Of a DNA stretch of 64,000 bases, positions 1 to 13,004 are shown in pieces. The position numbers and the translations under genes were made by a program. Source of the stretch: Octopus vulgaris (lineage: Eukaryota); assembly GCA_951406725.2 (NCBI GenBank), contig OX597826.1, positions 28,272,001-28,336,000 of the forward strand, in the 5' to 3' direction. Numbering within the stretch: the stretch's first letter is position 1; each line of letters starts with the position of its first letter. The notes below the pieces were generated by a model that saw only the letters and a program-made list of their open reading frames with translations, made no database searches and had not been told where the DNA came from.

Positions 1-1062
1 TTTCCAGGGGTGTCAAATATGCAACGGTGTGGTTGCTATTTGACACCCCTGAAGAGGCTTGCATATTTGCTAGCAAACCCTTGGAGGGTAAGGAAATCTT
101 ATTCCTGCCCACGTACAAAAAAAAGAAATTGATGAAAGCTTGGATCTGCGGACTGCCACCCGACATAGAACCCGAGTGGATAGAGGAGACTATCCGCCGG
201 GGTCTGGGTGACAGCGAAACTAAGCTCCTCAATGTAAAAGTTCTTCCTGCGGCTGCTTGGGTTGGGTCGAAAGCAATTTTGACTCTGTGGACACAATCAG
301 CCAATCTGGTTCTTCCAGATTTTTTGAAAATGGCCGGGTGCAGGTACCCGGTGATGCTTGAGGGTCGCCCCCCTAAGTGTCATCGGTGCTTGGAGTCCGG
401 CCACATAAAGAAGAACTGTCCTCGGGAACAAAATAGGATCCCGGAACAGTTAAGTAAAACCCCTCTAGAAGAGGGAACGATAACGGCCGAGAAAGCAGAG
501 GACTCCTCAAACAGAGGCCGAAAGAGGAAGGTGAGCAACAATGGGTGCTCACCAAAGGATAATAGGGATGAGGAGAGGAAGGCGAATCTTCCAGCCACGG
601 AGGAGACGCACCCTCCCTCAGTTGAAAAGGGAAAAAAAAAAGAAAAAGAGGAAGAAAAACGGGACATTACCGGCTGTCAGTGTAGCACCGGAATGTTGCG
701 GAACTACGTCGGTTGGGGTTATGCCACCGACAAGAGAAGGAATACCGTTGGCGGAAACTGTGCCGCCAACGAAAGAACTAAATGTGTTGGTCCTCTTCTA
801 TAGAGGAGGAGAAATTGAAAAAGTGATGGAAGAGCACTACAAGGGAGCACCTTTAGCCTTCACACAGGACCCCGAATGGCCTCCGCAGGTAGCTGTGGAG
901 GCCGTGGCGTTCGACGTGACGCTAGGGCTAAAGGAGCTCAACGAAGATTATAACTTGGTCCCGGGCGACGCGAACTCGGAACTTGACTACGTTCTGAGGG
1001 AGGCGTGGTTGATGGTGGAGGGCGCGGGCACAAGCTATTTCGAGGACGATATGTATTATTAG
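1..1062 (+). CDS. Retroelement gag/ORF1-like protein with CCHC zinc knuckle (L1/Tx1-like ORF1); 5'-incomplete, apparent +1 frameshift in A10 run at 632-641
   Basis: Frame is open from the window edge. Motif EGRPPKCHRCLESGHIKKNCP (C-X2-C-X4-H-X4-C) is followed by a basic low-complexity linker. ORFs 27-803 and 541-1062 join if one A is removed from A10. GC content is visibly higher than the surroundings. Confidence 0.7.
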
Positions 1063-1185
1063 TAATGGACTTAAGTCCAAAAATTGAAAAATTGTAAGAG
1101 GATTAATACCTCGTTTTGTATTAATAATGGACTGCTAAGCCCAAAAATTGGGAAAAATTGTAAGAGGTTTTATACCTCGTTTTGT
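1063..1185 (+). repeat. Two-copy ~62-bp direct repeat immediately after the ORF stop
   Basis: taatggact..aaaaattg..aaaaattgtaagagg..atacctcgttttgt at 1063-1119 and 1125-1185. Confidence 0.8.
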
Positions 1186-1360
1186 GTTTATCTTTTTAAA
1201 AAGAACAATGTTTTAGAGAAGCAAAAGTCGGCGGGCGCTTTCTGTCTTCTCCCATCCTTATCATCTTTCTTTCATTATCATTCACTTCATTAATGTCCTC
1301 GTCCAGCCCGCAAAGCTAACTTAATCTGTGTACTGCCTTTATGGCAAATGTTTTGAAATA

Positions 1361-1713
1361 AAGTAGCTTGTTTGACAACCACATTGTTCCAGGTTCAGCC
1401 CCACTGCGTGGAACCTTGGGCAAGTATCTTCTACTGTAGTCTCGGGCTGACCAAAGCCTTCTGAGTGGGTTTGGTAGACGGAAACTGAAAGAAGCCCGTC
1501 GTATATATATATATATATATATGTGTGTTCTCACCAACATCACTTGATAACCGATGCTGGTGTATTTACGTCCCCGTAACCTAGCGATTCGGCAAAAGGG
1601 ACCGATAGAATAAGTACTAGGCTTACAAAGAATAAGTCCTGGAGTTGATTCGTTCGACTAAAGGCGGTGCTTCATCATGGCTGCAGTCAAATGACTGAAA
1701 CAAATAAAAGAAT
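1361..1713 (+). mobile_element. tRNA-derived SINE family A (5'-truncated copy)
   Basis: B-box-like ggttcagcc, CORE-like ccttgggcaagt, internal (TA)n, tail gcagtcaaatgactgaaaca; many homologous copies in the window. Confidence 0.85.
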
Positions 1714-1729
1714 ATATATATATATATAT

Positions 1730-2515
1730 ATATATGCATATATGGGTACAGGACGTCACCACCAGTAAACAACATGAAATACGAAAACAAATGAGTTCAA
1801 TACGCAAAAAACAAGAGAAACAAATGGAAAGCAGCACAAATAACACAAAGAACGGCCCTTAATCAGTTGTCGGCTGTCTACTCCTCACTTCGAGTATATG
1901 AGTCTTCAAAGACAGTTGGTCCCACAAATACCAAAATAAAATTTTAGATTTATAGAGGGTCAAAGTTAATAACAAAAACAGGAGAGTGGAGACGTACAGG
2001 GAAACCGAACGAAAACAAACACGGAGAGTCGTTAGATCTGAAGGAGGGTAAAATAGCGAACGCTGGAGAAATATTTTGTTTGGAAAGAGAAAAGACAGGA
2101 GAAAGAGACAGAATACGTCCAGTCCTTAGGACAGTTCTGAAGTAAAAGAAAGATGATCACGTGAAACAAAGAAATATGGACGATGGTCACGTGTGAGCAA
2201 CGAGAGGTAGAAACAGAAGAAGAAGGGGAGAGAGAGACAGATAAAAAACGGTGAAGGGGAGAAAACAGTATAGAGTAGTGTCGTATATATATACGCACAA
2301 CACACACACATGCATATATATTGGGGGAATTCACAAAAAAAAAACAAAAGACGAAGACAGGTGGTGTAGACAACAAACAGATGTATTAGTATAACGCTCG
2401 TGAAATGAAAAAGTCTTTAATGTTTCGAGCCTACGCTCTTCCACAGAAAGGAACACAGAAAGAAACAAGGAGAGAAAATAAAGAATGTATAGTGGCTAGC
2501 GATCTATCATGGCGA
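1730..2515 (-). mobile_element. Penelope-like (pLTR) fragments, families H and G
   Basis: 1730-2100 is homologous to 30640-30980 and, inverted, to 58700-59020. 2330-2515 is homologous to 24930-25100 and 31050-31215 and carries a hammerhead-like motif. Confidence 0.55.
2415..2450 (-). ncRNA. Minimal type-I hammerhead-like motif, family G (core variant CUGUGGA)
   Basis: Reverse complement reads cttt-ctgtgga-a-gagc-gtag-gctc-gaaacat-t-aaag; A6 is substituted. Confidence 0.45.
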
Positions 2516-2931
2516 ATGCATATATAGTTATACATATTGACCTAATAACAAGTAGATTTCATATCTACTTTAGAAAATGGATCCTTTTCTTTTTTTCTAA
2601 TTGAACAGTGTAAAATGAGTAAGGACGCGCGGCCTAGTTGTTAAGACGTTGCGGGCAGGATGATAAGACCGAGGTTTCGATTCCTGTATCAAATGGTGCA
2701 TACACATTTTCACATATATGTGTATATATGTATGTGTACATATTTCACTTAGGCATCACGTGACTAATATCCTGGTGTAGAACTCAATATGCGTATGCTG
2801 CAGAGGGAAGTGTTAGACGAGTGCGGAGCGGTAATACGAAAATAAGATGACAAAGGGGGAAAAAGCGATTGTTACAAACTTCATGAATTTCACACACACA
2901 CACACACACACAATATATATATATATATATA

Positions 2932-4222
2932 CGAGGGGCGTTCAATAAGTAATGCTTCTGACCCACTTGCCCTTGTTTGATCTAGCTGAAATTTTGCATG
3001 TTCAATTATTTATATTTTTATAGATTACGTGGCAAATTACAGCTCCGAACTACTTGTGGTTTCTGATTTACAGGTGTTTGAAATGAGTCAAGTGGGAAAT
3101 GGAGCCTGTTGAGTGTCGAGCAGTGATCCGGTTTTTGTATTTGAAATGACGCACACCACAGGAGACTTTTGATGAAATGAAAGTAACTTATGGTGATGAT
3201 GCCCCATCATATGACCTTGTAAAACGCTGGCATTGTGAATTCAAACATGGTCGGAACTCTGTGGAAACAGCTCCCAGATCTGGTCGCACCCCTTCTGCCA
3301 TTGATGAGGCATCTGTCCGTCAAGTTGAGGCTGCCATTTGAAAGATCGACGCATAACTATTCGCCAAATAGCCCATGAGGTCAAGATTAGTACCGGGTCT
3401 GTTGAAACTATCATTCATGACCATTTGCATATGCAAAAGGTGTCTGCCAGATGGATTCCCAGGTTGCTCACACTTTTCCAGAAGCAAGAACGCGTCGAGT
3501 GCTCGAGGATGAATTTAGGGATGTGCCAAGAAGATGAGTCAAAATTTTTTAAAAGACTGATTACACAGGATGAGACCTGGGTCCATCACTATGATCCAGA
3601 GACCAAAGCCCAGTCAATGCAGTGGAAGCACCATGACTCACCTCCTCCAAAGAAGGCAAGGGTGCAGCCCTCCGCTGGCAAGGTCATGCTCACAGTCTTC
3701 TGGGACCAGGACGGAGTAGTGATGACAGATTTCCTGGCAAAGGGTACCACAATTACAGGAGCCTATCATGCTTCACTTTTGAGGAAATTAAGAGAAGCTA
3801 TCAAAACCAAGAGGCGGGGCAAGATCAGCAAAGGCATCCTCCTCCCGCAGGACAACGCTCCGGTCCACAACTCGCGTGTCGCCAGATCAGAAGCACAGGC
3901 GTGCGGCTATGAAGTCTTCTCCCATCCCCCTACTCTCCTGACCTTGCACCCTCTGATTTTCACCTCTTCCCAGCCATGAAGTTGTTTTTGAAAGGAAAGT
4001 GTTTCCCAGATGATGCAGCCTTGATTTCTGAAGTCACGTCGTGGTTGGAGGACCAAGCTGGGGTCTTCTACGAAAACGGTCTCCAGAGCTGCATCAAACA
4101 ATGGGAGAAATGTGTAACTCTGGGTTGTTTCTATGCTGAAAAAGACTAATAACTGTGCCAAGTTTCGTTGCTCTACTGCTATGGGAAGTGGATCAGGGGC
4201 ATTACTTATTGAACGCCCCTCG
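2932..4222 (+). mobile_element. Full-length mariner DNA transposon (1291 bp)
   Basis: TIRs cgaggggcgttcaataagtaatgc / gcattacttattgaacgcccctcg; TA on both flanks; inserted in (TA)n. Confidence 0.95.
3099..4149 (+). pseudogene. Mariner DD34D transposase pseudogene
   Basis: MEPVECRAVIRFLYLK* then HTH region, WIPRLL, DETWVHHYD, QDNAPVH, and (frameshifted) YSPDLAPSDFHLF...WEKCV. One premature stop and two frameshifts (~3338, ~3928). Confidence 0.93.
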
Positions 4223-4273
4223 TATATATAGATATATATTATCTATAATTTGACTGTGTTTTAGCTTTCTCAT

Positions 4274-4308
<35 letters not shown>

Positions 4309-4741
4309 GTACATACGCACAAACATATATATACATGTATACAAGTGTGCATATATATATATATAATAGAGAGAGAGAGAGATACACACACACACACACT
4401 TGTATACATGTATATATACATATATGTATAGATATAGATACACACACACACTTTTATATACATGTATATGTATGTGCGTATGTACAGATATGTGCATACG
4501 TATGCATACATATATGCGTATATATAAATCCGCGCGCGCACACATGCATGAGAGTAAGTACATATATAGAGCTATACACATGTATATGTACATATACATG
4601 CTATACACACACACACGCAGATAACCAAGCACTTCAAGAACCTCAGAGAACGTTAGTTAGCATGCCGACACATCTTCTGATTGCACATTATAAATATATC
4701 TTGCATCATTTTCCTCGACAACAGTGTTTACAATTGACACC

Positions 4742-4781
<40 letters not shown>

Positions 4782-4795
4782 TAATAATAATATTA

Positions 4796-4827
<32 letters not shown>

Positions 4828-5085
4828 AGAATGGAGCAAACGAATTGCTTTGACTTAGATATTGAATTATGGGCATTACGGCATTTAAGACATGTGTCCG
4901 TTTTAGTATGTCTAGTTGGTGCAACTGGAATGGTTTACAATTATTTCTGCAAATAGATTTCCAGCTTAAAGGGAATAAAAATATGCGCACAGCATTGGTG
5001 CTTCCTTTCATATGGAGGGAAATTATACCAACATTACGAAATAACCGCAGAAACGAGATAGCCTAAACATACGTACATACATAAA

Positions 5086-5340
5086 AAGATCTTGGAAAAT
5101 GATAAAGTGGTCATACTTTGGGACATGTCAGTTTGCACAGACAGGGCGATTAATGCTAAATCCTCCCGGATATTATTGTCAAAAACGATTGGGAATGGAA
5201 ATAAAGAAATTTAGAAATGTATGAATTGTCTACGAATCGTTATATCAGTTCTATCTATGTATAATATACTGTATTTCTAGAAAGAAATGGAGCTCTCCAA
5301 ATATAAAGATCTGAAAATAGAGACAACCAGAATGTGGAAT
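5086..5340 (+). mobile_element. Decayed R4/Dong-type LINE, restriction-like endonuclease fragment
   Basis: Translates (with frameshifts) as KILENDKVVILWDMSVCTDRAINAK / PDIIVKND / LSKYKDLKIETTRMW. Confidence 0.8.
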
Positions 5341-5384
5341 AGTGCTTTTTACTGAAAACACCAACAATCTCTGTTTTATAATCT

Positions 5385-5780
5385 TTTCTACTATAAACAC
5401 AAGGCCTGGAATTTTTATTTTTTTGCTTTTTGTTTTTTCTATGTGGTTGTGGTCAAGGAATATCTCGATTACATCGACTGCAGTTCTCAACTGGTACTTA
5501 TTTTATCGATCTCTGTACGATAAAGGGCAAAGTCGACTTTGCAGAATTTGAAACGCCGTAAAGAACGGATGAATTGCTAAGCATTTGGTCCGGCATGCAA
5601 ACGGTCAGTTCGCCGCCAAATCTTTCTTGAATAATGGTATCAAATTTCGGTACAAGACCAGCAAGATCGACTTCAGTGTTCAGCTAGTATTCATTTTATC
5701 GACCCCGAAATGATGAAAGGCAAAGTCGACTTTGGCAGAAATTGAACCCAGAATATGAAAACGGGACGAGATGTTGCTAT
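5385..5780 (-). mobile_element. Two diverged SINE family B copies
   Basis: tggtacttattttatcgac..gaaaggcaaagtcgac..gaatttgaa motif occurs twice. Confidence 0.75.
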
Positions 5781-5849
5781 ATAGGGCTGCTGGACCTACA
5801 CAAACAAATTTTTACTTTTAGAATGTGATGACCAATATTAGTGTGGCCT

Positions 5850-5975
5850 CTGTCGTATCATCTATCGAGCAAGGAAGATCCTACAGCTAGTTTGCGCACC
5901 TCTGGTACTGTTCTCAGTTATTGAGGTATGCAAAACACAACATCGCAATAAGGACTGAACCTTGAGGTGACCAAC
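5850..5975 (-). mobile_element. Decayed CR1/Jockey-like RT fragment
   Basis: Reverse complement translates SPQGSVLIAMLCFAYLNN*, with IDDT downstream (PQGSVL and FADD-like motifs). Confidence 0.55.
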
Positions 5976-6553
5976 TTTTGGTACTGCACAAAATATATTT
6001 CGTAGCAAACTTTCACTTCAAACCCAAAAAAGGAAGGATCGAATTACTGTTTTAGGAGTTATTTTATTTATTTCGTGGCCCTGTTGAATAGGGACAAAAT
6101 AGCTGTGCGGTCTCCGTCACATGGTCTACACTCCATCGCTACTGGTGGTATTTATTTTCAGCCTTCTATATTACATGAGCGACGTAGAATGAGGTGCCTT
6201 GCTCGAAGACTTGAGAACCGATCTCCCGATCTAACGCCTTTCAACTCCACATCTTAACCACTAGAAGACTTTACACGCGCATTTATATTATATTTATATG
6301 TATGTGTGTATGTGCATATTTATATATAAATATATGTGTATATATATATATATATATACCCACACCCATACAAGCGTCTCTATGTGTAATAGACATGAAC
6401 ATATGTTGGTTAAACTATATTAAAACAATAACCACTTGTACACACACGCCTACACACACACACACACATTATACATTATACACAGACATATACGTTTGTG
6501 TATATATATATGAATATGCGCATTGTGTGTGTGTGTGTGCGCGCGCGTGTGTC

Positions 6554-6595
<42 letters not shown>

Positions 6596-6711
6596 ATGTA
6601 TCTATATATATATATATGTGTGTGTGTCTATGTATAGATACATATATATGTGTATGTGTCAGTGTCTATATTATATATATATATGTGTGTGTATGTGTCT
6701 GTTAGTGTCTA

Positions 6712-6745
<34 letters not shown>

Positions 6746-7005
6746 CTGTGTGCATTCATGAGTGTGGGGGGTGAACACATACACACGCACACAATAATGC
6801 AGATAGCATTATCTATTTTTTCTACATTTTTCTTTTTTTCATTTTTTTTTTTTTTTGTTTGTTTTTGTATGCCCGGAACTAAACGGATCTTGAAACCATC
6901 AAAATCCTCCGGCCAGTAACGCCACTAATAACCACAATTCGCCACACCACATCGCATCTCACCTATACACCATTCCTATTTCCAACCTCTGAAATAAGCG
7001 AGAAA

Positions 7006-7046
<41 letters not shown>

Positions 7047-7409
7047 TGACAAAGACGAAATACAACATGCAAAAAATTATTTAAAAAATATTAAGAACGG
7101 AGAAATAATAAAATAAAATAATTAACTAAAATATGTGATATTCTGTTCGAAGTTGTGTAAATAAGCACTCGCGGTCAGTTGTAACCTTTGAACGGTTCTG
7201 CAGTTGGAGAGAAGAATCCGGCGAATTAATGCTGGCAAAAACCTGCTTTTACTTGGTCACGTGGTGGGAGGTGGAATCCAAGGGAGGTAATTGGAAACAC
7301 TGTGTTAACAATTTCATGGTGCAACTAACTTAATTTAAAGGTCGGCTTTTAATAAAAAGCTACAAGTGATTTGGCTCGGATACCATATTGTACTCTACCT
7401 TGAAGATTT

Positions 7410-7959
7410 TGTAGTATGGGCGGCGACGGCGTTGGTGGTGTTGGTGGTTACAGCAGCGATGATGGCGGGGCTCGGTGCTAGTAATTATGGTGATAGAGGC
7501 GGTGGTGAAGGTGGTGACGATTATGGTTAACGAAGCGGCGGTTGTAGTTTTGGTGGTGGTAGTGGTTGTAGTAGTAGAGGAGCGATAGTGGGGGAGTTTT
7601 AATGGTGATGGTGGGACGAGGGGGATGCTTGGTGGTGGACATTCTGGTGGTGGTTTCAGTGGCGGTGGTGTTGGCAGAGATTTTGGCTTGGGTGTAGGTT
7701 GTAGTGACAGTAGTAGCTGTGATAGTAATTGGTGGTAGTGGTGGTGATAGTTTTGGAGATGATGATGATTATAGTGATGCCATTATGTTGGAGTGATGTT
7801 AATGATGATGCTGTTGCTGATGGTGATGATGGTCATGCAATGATGGCGGTTATAATAAAGTTCTTGATTATGTTGGTGGAGGCGGTGGTGGTGGCAGTAA
7901 TGTGGGCGGTGGTAGTAGTAGTAGTAGTAGTTGTAGTAGTAGTTGTTATAGTTGTAGTT

Positions 7960-7992
<33 letters not shown>

Positions 7993-8300
7993 TTTATGGG
8001 ATTGGTAGTGGCGGTGATAGTGGTTTGTGACGTAGTACTGGTGGTGTTGACGGAGGAGCCATTGGCAGTTGCTGTGTGGGCGTTTATTTGCGTTCCGACG
8101 TATATGTAAACGAATGTGTGTGTGTGTGTGTGATTATATGAGATCGTTTCGCACTGAGGTGAATCTTCAGCGTGTGTGTATACCTGGTTAGGATGAATGA
8201 CAGGGACATTTGTTAACAGGTGGTGATGGTCGTGGCAATGTTCGTGGTGGTGGTGGTGGTGATGGTAGTAGTAGTAGGAGGAGGAGGGGGGAGGAGGAGC
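7410..8300 (+). repeat. Strand-asymmetric (GGT/GTA/GAT)n low-complexity domain
   Basis: Cryptic trinucleotide repeats that generate spurious poly-V/T/H ORFs. Confidence 0.85.
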
Positions 8301-8521
8301 CACTGTACGAGTACAAGTTTCCTTATCTCCATGTGTATTTGCGTAAGTATATATACAATGTGTGTAAGCGTATGTGTGTGTGTGTTACAAGGCAGTCCGT
8401 CGCTAAGCCCCTGCGGTTGCAGGGGGCCTCCGCAGTTGAGGGGCCCCATGTTAAGCTCAAAGTACGTAGATGAGTCATATATTTACTTTGGTTAAGATGT
8501 TCAACAAGAATTAAACTATCC

Positions 8522-8661
8522 GTAGGAGTGGTTGCGTGGTAAGTAGCTTGCTTACCAACCACATGGTCCCGGGTTCACTTGGGCAAGTGTCTTCTACTAT
8601 TGCCTCGGGCCGACCAAAGCCTTGTGAGTGGATTTGGTAGACGGAAACTGAAAGAAGCTCG

Positions 8662-8709
<48 letters not shown>

Positions 8710-8906
8710 ATGTTTGTCCCGCAACATCACTTGACAACCGATGCTGGTGTGTTTACGTCCCCGTAACTTAGCGGTTCGGCAAAAGAGACCGATAGAATAA
8801 GTACTGGGCTTACAAAGAATAAGTCCTGGGTCGATTTGCTCGACTAGAGGCAGTGCTCCAGCATGGCCACAGTCAAATGACTGAAACAAGTAATAGAGTA
8901 AAAGAG
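8522..8906 (+). mobile_element. SINE family A, near full length
   Basis: Head gtggttgcgtggtaagtagcttgc, internal (TG)n, conserved tail. Confidence 0.9.
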
Positions 8907-9188
8907 TATCCATGTTAACTGAAAATTTCAAGAAATAAAATAGTAATCCATTGTACCTGCAAAGGTTCTTGTAAAGAACATCCCTACTTAAATGGGGGTT
9001 TGTGTACTCTGGTCCTTATTACTCTCATATATAGAAGTTTTACTTATTGAAAGTTGTAATAGACCTAAATATATTTAACTTGTTGTACTTTAAAAGATGT
9101 TCTTTAGGATAACGTGAAATATTGAACTTCAGATAGAATAAAGTAAAATATAGCTATGAATAAAAGGTGTATACATTATGAATTTTAG

Positions 9189-9492
9189 AGTTCTATATTT
9201 AAGAGATGAGAAATTATGTACATTATTTACATTATTTACAAGTGACGGATACTTGTCCTCATCTTGTTTGTTGTTAACACAACTTTTCGGCTGATCTACC
9301 CTCCTGCCTTCATCAGGTGTCTTGGGAAAATTTCGAACCTGGGTTCTCATTCCTAAGGTATTTTTCGATGTTGTTGTTGTTGTTGTTATTCAGGCCACTG
9401 CCTGGAATCGAACTCGGAATCTTGGGGTTAGTAGCCCGCGGTCTTAACCCCTACACCATATGAGGACAAATATCCGTCAAATGTAAATAATG
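9189..9492 (-). mobile_element. Family D: tRNA-like head + hammerhead element with inverted tail fragment
   Basis: Reverse complement gives tRNA-like head, (AAC)n, hammerhead motif at 9276-9321, then tail. 9460-9492 is an inverted copy of the tail. Confidence 0.8.
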
Positions 9493-9680
9493 AATTTTGA
9501 TTGAAAGGATGGTGCCTCGAAGCAAAAAGTTGCTCTAAAAGCCACGCGACGCACTGGACACAAGGATTCCTGTTCTGTGGATTCATGAGGTCCCTATATT
9601 GGCGCGGTCTTCAAAGATATATGCACATGTGCTTGTGAATTTGGGGTAGATTATTGTTGGGGTGGTGATTGTTTTACCGT

Positions 9681-10076
9681 TTATTTGTTTCAATCATTAA
9701 ACAGCGGCCATGCTGGGTCACCACCTTAAAAATATTTTAGTCGAATGAATCCCCTAGTATTTTTAAGCCGTGTACTTATTCTATCGTTTTTTATTATTTT
9801 TGCCGAACCACCAAGTTACATGGACGTAAACAAACCATCACCAGCTATCAAGCGATTGTAGAGATAAACACAAAGATACACACACACACACACACATCTA
9901 TATATATATATATTAGGATGGGTATTTTTTAGTTTCCATCTACCAAATCCACTCTCAGGACTTTGGTTGGCTCGAAACTATAGTAGAATATACTTGCCCA
10001 AGGTGCCACGCAGTGGGACGGAACCCGGGACATTGTACTTTGGAAGCAAGCTTCTTAACACACAGCCACGTCTGCA
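9681..10076 (-). mobile_element. SINE family A (diverged)
   Basis: Homologous to other family A copies. Confidence 0.8.
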
Positions 10077-10495
10077 TCCATAAACTGTGTAAGTTTCTGT
10101 GAGGTGTGGGGGGAGGTTGTGGGGGGGGTTATTGCGTGTGTGTATTTGTGTCAGTATATTTGTTTGTGTGTGTGTGTAAGATGTAAGAAAGGTTAAGAAG
10201 AGTATAGTTTCTGTGATGGCGCTATAACAGGTGGTAGTGCTGATGGTGGTTGTGATGATGATGATGATGATGATTGTGGTGATGGTTGTCCCGTGGATGG
10301 GGAGGGTGTGTCAGTTATGTGATGTAGAACATGGTAGATTGGTTGGGGTTTTGAGGCCCACGAAAACAAAGAGCAAATGGAAGCTGAATAGAATGAATAT
10401 TCGGAATTTTTTCTCAAGCTGCTATTAGCTTTATAGTTTAGCAAAAGCCTCTAGTTTTTCCGAGATACGGATACGTACATATTCACACGTACACA

Positions 10496-10577
<82 letters not shown>

Positions 10578-10579
<2 letters not shown>

Positions 10580-10707
10580 CGCAGACGTGGTTGTGTGGCA
10601 AGAAGATTGTTCCCAGCTACAAAGTTCTGAGTTCAGTCCCACTGTGTGGCACCTTGGACAACTGTCTTCTACAACAGTTGGTAGACGGAAACTGAAAGAA
10701 GCCCGTC

Positions 10708-10755
<48 letters not shown>

Positions 10756-10983
10756 AATGCATCTATGTGGCTGTGTCTTTGTGTGTCCGCAATTGTCCCC
10801 CATCACCGTTTGACAACCGGTGTCAATGTCTTTACATCCCTGTAACTTAGCAGTTCGGCAACAGACTGATCGAATAAATACTGGGCTTAAAAAAGAAGCC
10901 CTGAGATCGATTTGTTCGACTAAAATCCTTCAATGCTGTGCTCCAGCATGGCCGCCGTCAAATGACTGAAGCAAAGAAAAAGA
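10578..10983 (+). mobile_element. SINE family A
   Basis: ggcgcagacgtggttgtgtgg head, internal (TA)n, tail. Confidence 0.85.
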
Positions 10984-11143
10984 ATTAAATAACAGAATTA
11001 TATATATATATTGTGAGAGAGATAGAGATAGAAAACAGATAAGAGAAATGAGGTGAAAGAGTACAGATGTTCATTTCATTCGTTTACAGCTGTTTCATAA
11101 CGTTGTTTTATAATAGATGTTACATGAATGTTGACACAAATAA

Positions 11144-11317
<174 letters not shown>

Positions 11318-11551
11318 TGCAAATATATATGATTATATATTTATATATATATGCTGTATGTATGCACAGAAGTAGAAGACTGCTGATAAGGGAGCCATCA
11401 GAGTAATCCTCAGAATTAATCCCATAAACCTCAGATTATGGTGCTTGAGAACTGCCGACCACTGAATAGCCAGCTTGTGTGTGTGTGTGTATGTGTCGAC
11501 CTCTGAATACCCCTGTTCGCGGAGTATGTGTATGTCAGTCGCCCGCTACGC

Positions 11552-11732
11552 TTGACTGCTATTAGTTCGTTTGTCTCCATAACTTAGCGGCTCGGTAAAA
11601 GAGAATGATAGAATAACTACAAGACGGGTTTAGCAAAAAAAAATGTAGTACTGGCCTCGATTTGTTCGAACTAAAATCCTTCAAGATGAGGCCCCAGCAT
11701 GGCCGCAGTCAAATAGCTGAAACAAGTAAAAG
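11552..11732 (+). mobile_element. SINE family A, 3' half
   Basis: aacttagcggctcgg...gcatggccgcagtcaaatagctgaaacaag. Confidence 0.75.
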
Positions 11733-12595
11733 ATCTTTTTAAGAAGTAGTACTCTAAACCAGACAATGATAACTTTTTTTCCGAGAAGCGGTCTGCATTA
11801 GATCCGGCCCAACGTGAGGCGGGCCGCACTACTAAAATCAAATATCCAAGTTAAGTTTTCGTTAGGCATACCATTCAGAGAGTCCGACGGGACAGAGTTT
11901 GCCCATGACTGCATTATAACTATAACAAAAATAGCATGAAACCAGAAAGAAGATATAATACCATAGAATATCTAATAGCACAATATCAACGAGGAATAAG
12001 ATAACAGTTAAACTCATAGAAAGACATATCCATAGATACAATAAACACGCATATATTGGTTGGATATGAATAAGGTCACAATTAAAATCAAACGCCTGAT
12101 CGGTCGTTAAAAGGAAAGAGGTTATAAAATATATCTTTAAAATATCACAGGCTTCATAGCATACCAGGCGCCAAAAGCCTCGACCTTAAGCGCTGATTAA
12201 ACACACTATAAGCAAATATAGACTGTTTATAATATATACTTGAGGCTTTCAAAAAAATATCTGATTGGTGTATTTATTGTATGAAGGAAATAACAATTCA
12301 ACACTGAATGTATATATGTATATGCATTCATCTGCAAAAATCATATATACGTATATATACACACACACATGTGTGTGTGCGTGTGTATATATATGCATAT
12401 ATATATATATATATATATATTTACATACAAATATACATATATTTACATGTATATGCACCCATGCACAAATATACATATATATACAAAAACACATATATCA
12501 ATATACATACAATCACATATATATGTACACACATATATATACATATATACATATATATGTCTCGCTATATATATATGTGTGCGTATGTGTGTATG

Positions 12596-12646
<51 letters not shown>

Positions 12647-12954
12647 ATAGGGCTTTTGTATGTATGAGTCCTGTGCATTGCTTAAATTTTATGTATGTAT
12701 ATGGTTATAGGTTTTCAGACGTGTGTCTATGTTGTCGTGCGTGTATATATATACGCACGTGTGTATACGCACGATATATACATGATACATACACCACAAA
12801 CAAACGTTGATATACATGCAACATACAAAGGCTTGTTTATACATATGTCTGTTGAAAAGTGATCAAGATAGTTATAAATGTAAATATATACATACATATG
12901 TATGTGTGAGAGAGTGTATATGTTTCTCTATACACAAACATATATGACAAGCAA

Positions 12955-13004
<50 letters not shown>

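Noticed and set aside
629-641. Programmed -1 frameshift at G GGA AAA
   Set aside because: The downstream ORF is in the +1 frame, so -1 slippage would not reach it.
3099-4149. SETMAR gene
   Set aside because: No SET domain, intact TIRs and a disabled ORF: an ordinary mariner copy.
9390-9460. Genuine tRNA gene
   Set aside because: Acceptor stem is incomplete, the anticodon varies among copies and it is embedded in a repeat; treated as a tRNA-derived head. The same applies to the SINE C heads.
11375-11470. Hammerhead-like ctgataag...gagaac
   Set aside because: C3-A8 mismatch, corrupted GAAA and weak stems; too degenerate to call.
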